From positions 1 to 35,196 of IMG/VR virus record IMGVR_UViG_3300007004_000007: DNA of 35,196 bases. One strand, 5' to 3'. The DNA comes from a virus. Lineage: Duplodnaviria > Caudoviricetes. Made by a program: the position numbers and the translations under genes. Below are positions 33,598 to 35,196 of the stretch, one piece after another (positions within the stretch are counted from its first letter, which is position 1; each line of letters begins with the position of its first letter). The notes under the pieces were generated by a model. It was not told the origin of the DNA. It searched no databases and was given only the letters and a program-made list of their open reading frames with translations.

Positions 33598-33879
33598 GTG
33601 GATTTCAGTGAAGCTCTGGTGCGGGCCCGCCTGGTGGGTAACAAGATCACCCGACGGGGCTGGGACGCCGCAGGTCAGTATGTGGTCTACCAGAAAGGCT
33701 ACCCAGACGGGATTGCCATCAACGCCAACACCGCCCAGGCGACCGGCCTGCCTGAGGGAACTGTCTGCGTCTTCCGGCCTTACCTGATGCTGTGCACGGC
33801 CGACGGCTCATTCGTGCCCTGGGCTCCCAGCGTCAGCGACGTGCTGGCCATGGACTGGATCTTCGTCCCCCATGAGTAA
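33598..33879 (+). CDS. DUF2829/Thoeris anti-defence 2 (Tad2)-like protein
   Basis: MDFSEAL.....G.KITRRGW...G.YV...PYL...TADG..VPW.PS.SDVLA.DW family signature. Confidence 0.85.
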   Translation: MDFSEALVRARLVGNKITRRGWDAAGQYVVYQKGYPDGIAINANTAQATGLPEGTVCVFRPYLMLCTADGSFVPWAPSVSDVLAMDWIFVPHE

Positions 33880-34066
33880 GCCGATGCTGACCTGGCAGTC
33901 GCTGCTGGTGTTTGCGCACATCCTGTCGGGTGGGGCGATCCTGATCGAGTTCGTCGAGACCCGCTGGGTGGGCCTGTTCATCCTCACCGTCGGTGCGGCT
34001 CAGGCAGCCACAGCCTTCTACCAACGAGCCTCCCAGAGCCCCGTAGGAGCCCGGGATGGTCAGTAG
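33872..34066 (+). CDS. putative holin
   Basis: 64 aa, two hydrophobic helices, near the endolysin. Confidence 0.55.
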   Translation: MSKPMLTWQSLLVFAHILSGGAILIEFVETRWVGLFILTVGAAQAATAFYQRASQSPVGARDGQ

Positions 34067-34430
34067 GGTCTACACGTACAGGATCGAACGCCCCAGGGAG
34101 CCTGAGAAGCTTGTGGCAGGGTTGGGGGGTGCTGCCGACCTGGTCCGCAAGCACAACAAATGGGTTCAGGAGATCAAACTACAAGTCGACGGTGGGGACA
34201 TAGTGCTCATCCTCACCATGAGTGGCCATGACCAGTGGTGGATCAAAAAGCGAGTCATCTACCCCCTCGCGGCCATCCTCATCAAAGCCGGTTTGACACT
34301 CAAAGACGCCCGGCTTCAAGCAGTTGAGCGACTACCCGACAAACGCATCACCCGGCCTCGGGCATCCGACGGGGCCAGCACCCCCGACCCCGACAAGATG
34401 ATCGATCACAGCGACATGATGCAGGCATAA
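34056..34430 (+). CDS. hypothetical protein
   Basis: AGGAG SD; 124 aa; ends at a terminator. Confidence 0.7.
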   Translation: MVSRVYTYRIERPREPEKLVAGLGGAADLVRKHNKWVQEIKLQVDGGDIVLILTMSGHDQWWIKKRVIYPLAAILIKAGLTLKDARLQAVERLPDKRITRPRASDGASTPDPDKMIDHSDMMQA

Positions 34431-34431
34431 G

Positions 34432-34466
34432 GAAAGGCCCCCCAGTTGGAGCCTGGGGGGCCTTTC
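34432..34466. terminator. bidirectional terminator
   Basis: 14-bp inverted repeat GAAAGGCCCCCCAG/CTGGGGGGCCTTTC. Confidence 0.8.
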
Positions 34467-34468
34467 GT

Positions 34469-35014
34469 CTAGGGCGCTTTGTTCAGCTTGCTGACCACGA
34501 TGGGTTTAACTCCTATGGCCGCCAGGCGGGTGTCGCGTTTGGAAACTATCGGCTTGGTCCGCAGGTAAACCTTGCGACCAAGGTAGTCGGCTGCCGTCAC
34601 TATGGTACCGAGCAGGATCCGGCTGCCATGAACCTCGGTTTTTCCCTGAGCCAAACCCCTTATCCGCTGCCACGAACGCACCTCGCCTTCACCATACTGC
34701 CGCACGTGGACGCCGAGGGCGACGCGATGGGCGTCGATCAGCTGGCAGGCCTGAACAACATCTGTCATCTCCTCGTCGTCCAACGTCAGCCTCAGGTGCA
34801 GGGCGTCCACCCATTGCAGAGCTGCGTTCAGGGAAGTTCCTGAGCTTGACCTGATGAAAACGTTGGCAAGTGTTGTAGCCGACTGTCCGCACATGCGGCC
34901 AAACCTGCTTTTTGAAATCCCCTGCCGATTTATTTCATCGAGGACCAGTTGGGCCAACTGTTTGCTGTCGGTGATGACAAGCCCTCCGTGGCGAATGGAG
35001 CGCCGAAGACTCAC
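34469..35014 (-). CDS. tandem XRE-like HTH protein
   Basis: Two repeats: L.....RQGISKSRFGRMCG...L......DAL.L.L and I..HR.ALG...L.TI...AD.LG.KV.L. Confidence 0.6.
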   Translation of the reverse strand: MSLRRSIRHGGLVITDSKQLAQLVLDEINRQGISKSRFGRMCGQSATTLANVFIRSSSGTSLNAALQWVDALHLRLTLDDEEMTDVVQACQLIDAHRVALGVHVRQYGEGEVRSWQRIRGLAQGKTEVHGSRILLGTIVTAADYLGRKVYLRTKPIVSKRDTRLAAIGVKPIVVSKLNKAP

Positions 35015-35196
35015 ATCTGATCCTGTTCTTCACGAGCCTTCCAACCCAGCGGGGTCGCCAGCGAGTCCGGCATGATGGGGGCTGGTGGCTTACGCAGGCC
35101 ACCCAGGGTGCGACCCTCCTGGAGAGCGTTCCAGACGGTGAAGATGAAGTGCAGCTGGATCACGTCGTCCAGGTTTTCGTCGGACCGGCGTAGCAG
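35011..35196 (-). CDS. partial hypothetical protein (runs off the window)
   Basis: Open frame ...LLRRSDENLDDVIQLHF...EQDQM* with a GTGA overlap into the HTH gene. Confidence 0.55.
   Translation of the reverse strand: MLRRSDENLDDVIQLHFIFTVWNALQEGRTLGGLRKPPAPIMPDSLATPLGWKAREEQDQM

Overview
The window is most of an actinobacterial siphovirus genome (GC-rich, standard code). Its head and neck layout resembles mycobacteriophage cluster B/Rosebush-type phages. From left to right it holds small accessory genes, a displaced tail-fibre-like gene, and a leftward replication operon (HTH, Cas4-like exonuclease, SSB, primase-SF3 helicase). Next come TerL, a DUF1360-like CxxC membrane protein, portal, MuF, a protease-like gene and a reverse-oriented block of small genes. 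These are followed by two capsid genes (hexamer-like and pentamer-like), the tail tube, neck, chaperones, a short tape measure, Dit/hub and five minor tail genes. The right end carries an endolysin, a Tad2/DUF2829 protein, a holin candidate and a tandem-HTH regulator. I recognised no integrase, DNA polymerase, small terminase, tRNA or CRISPR array. Three signals stand out: (1) a near-consensus antisense promoter and terminator defining a ~77-nt counter-transcribed RNA over the primase-helicase ribosome-binding region, as in plasmid copy control; (2) Cys-rich virion shell proteins next to a CPWC membrane protein; (3) widespread leaderless promoters. All functional calls come from motif recognition and synteny, not database searches.
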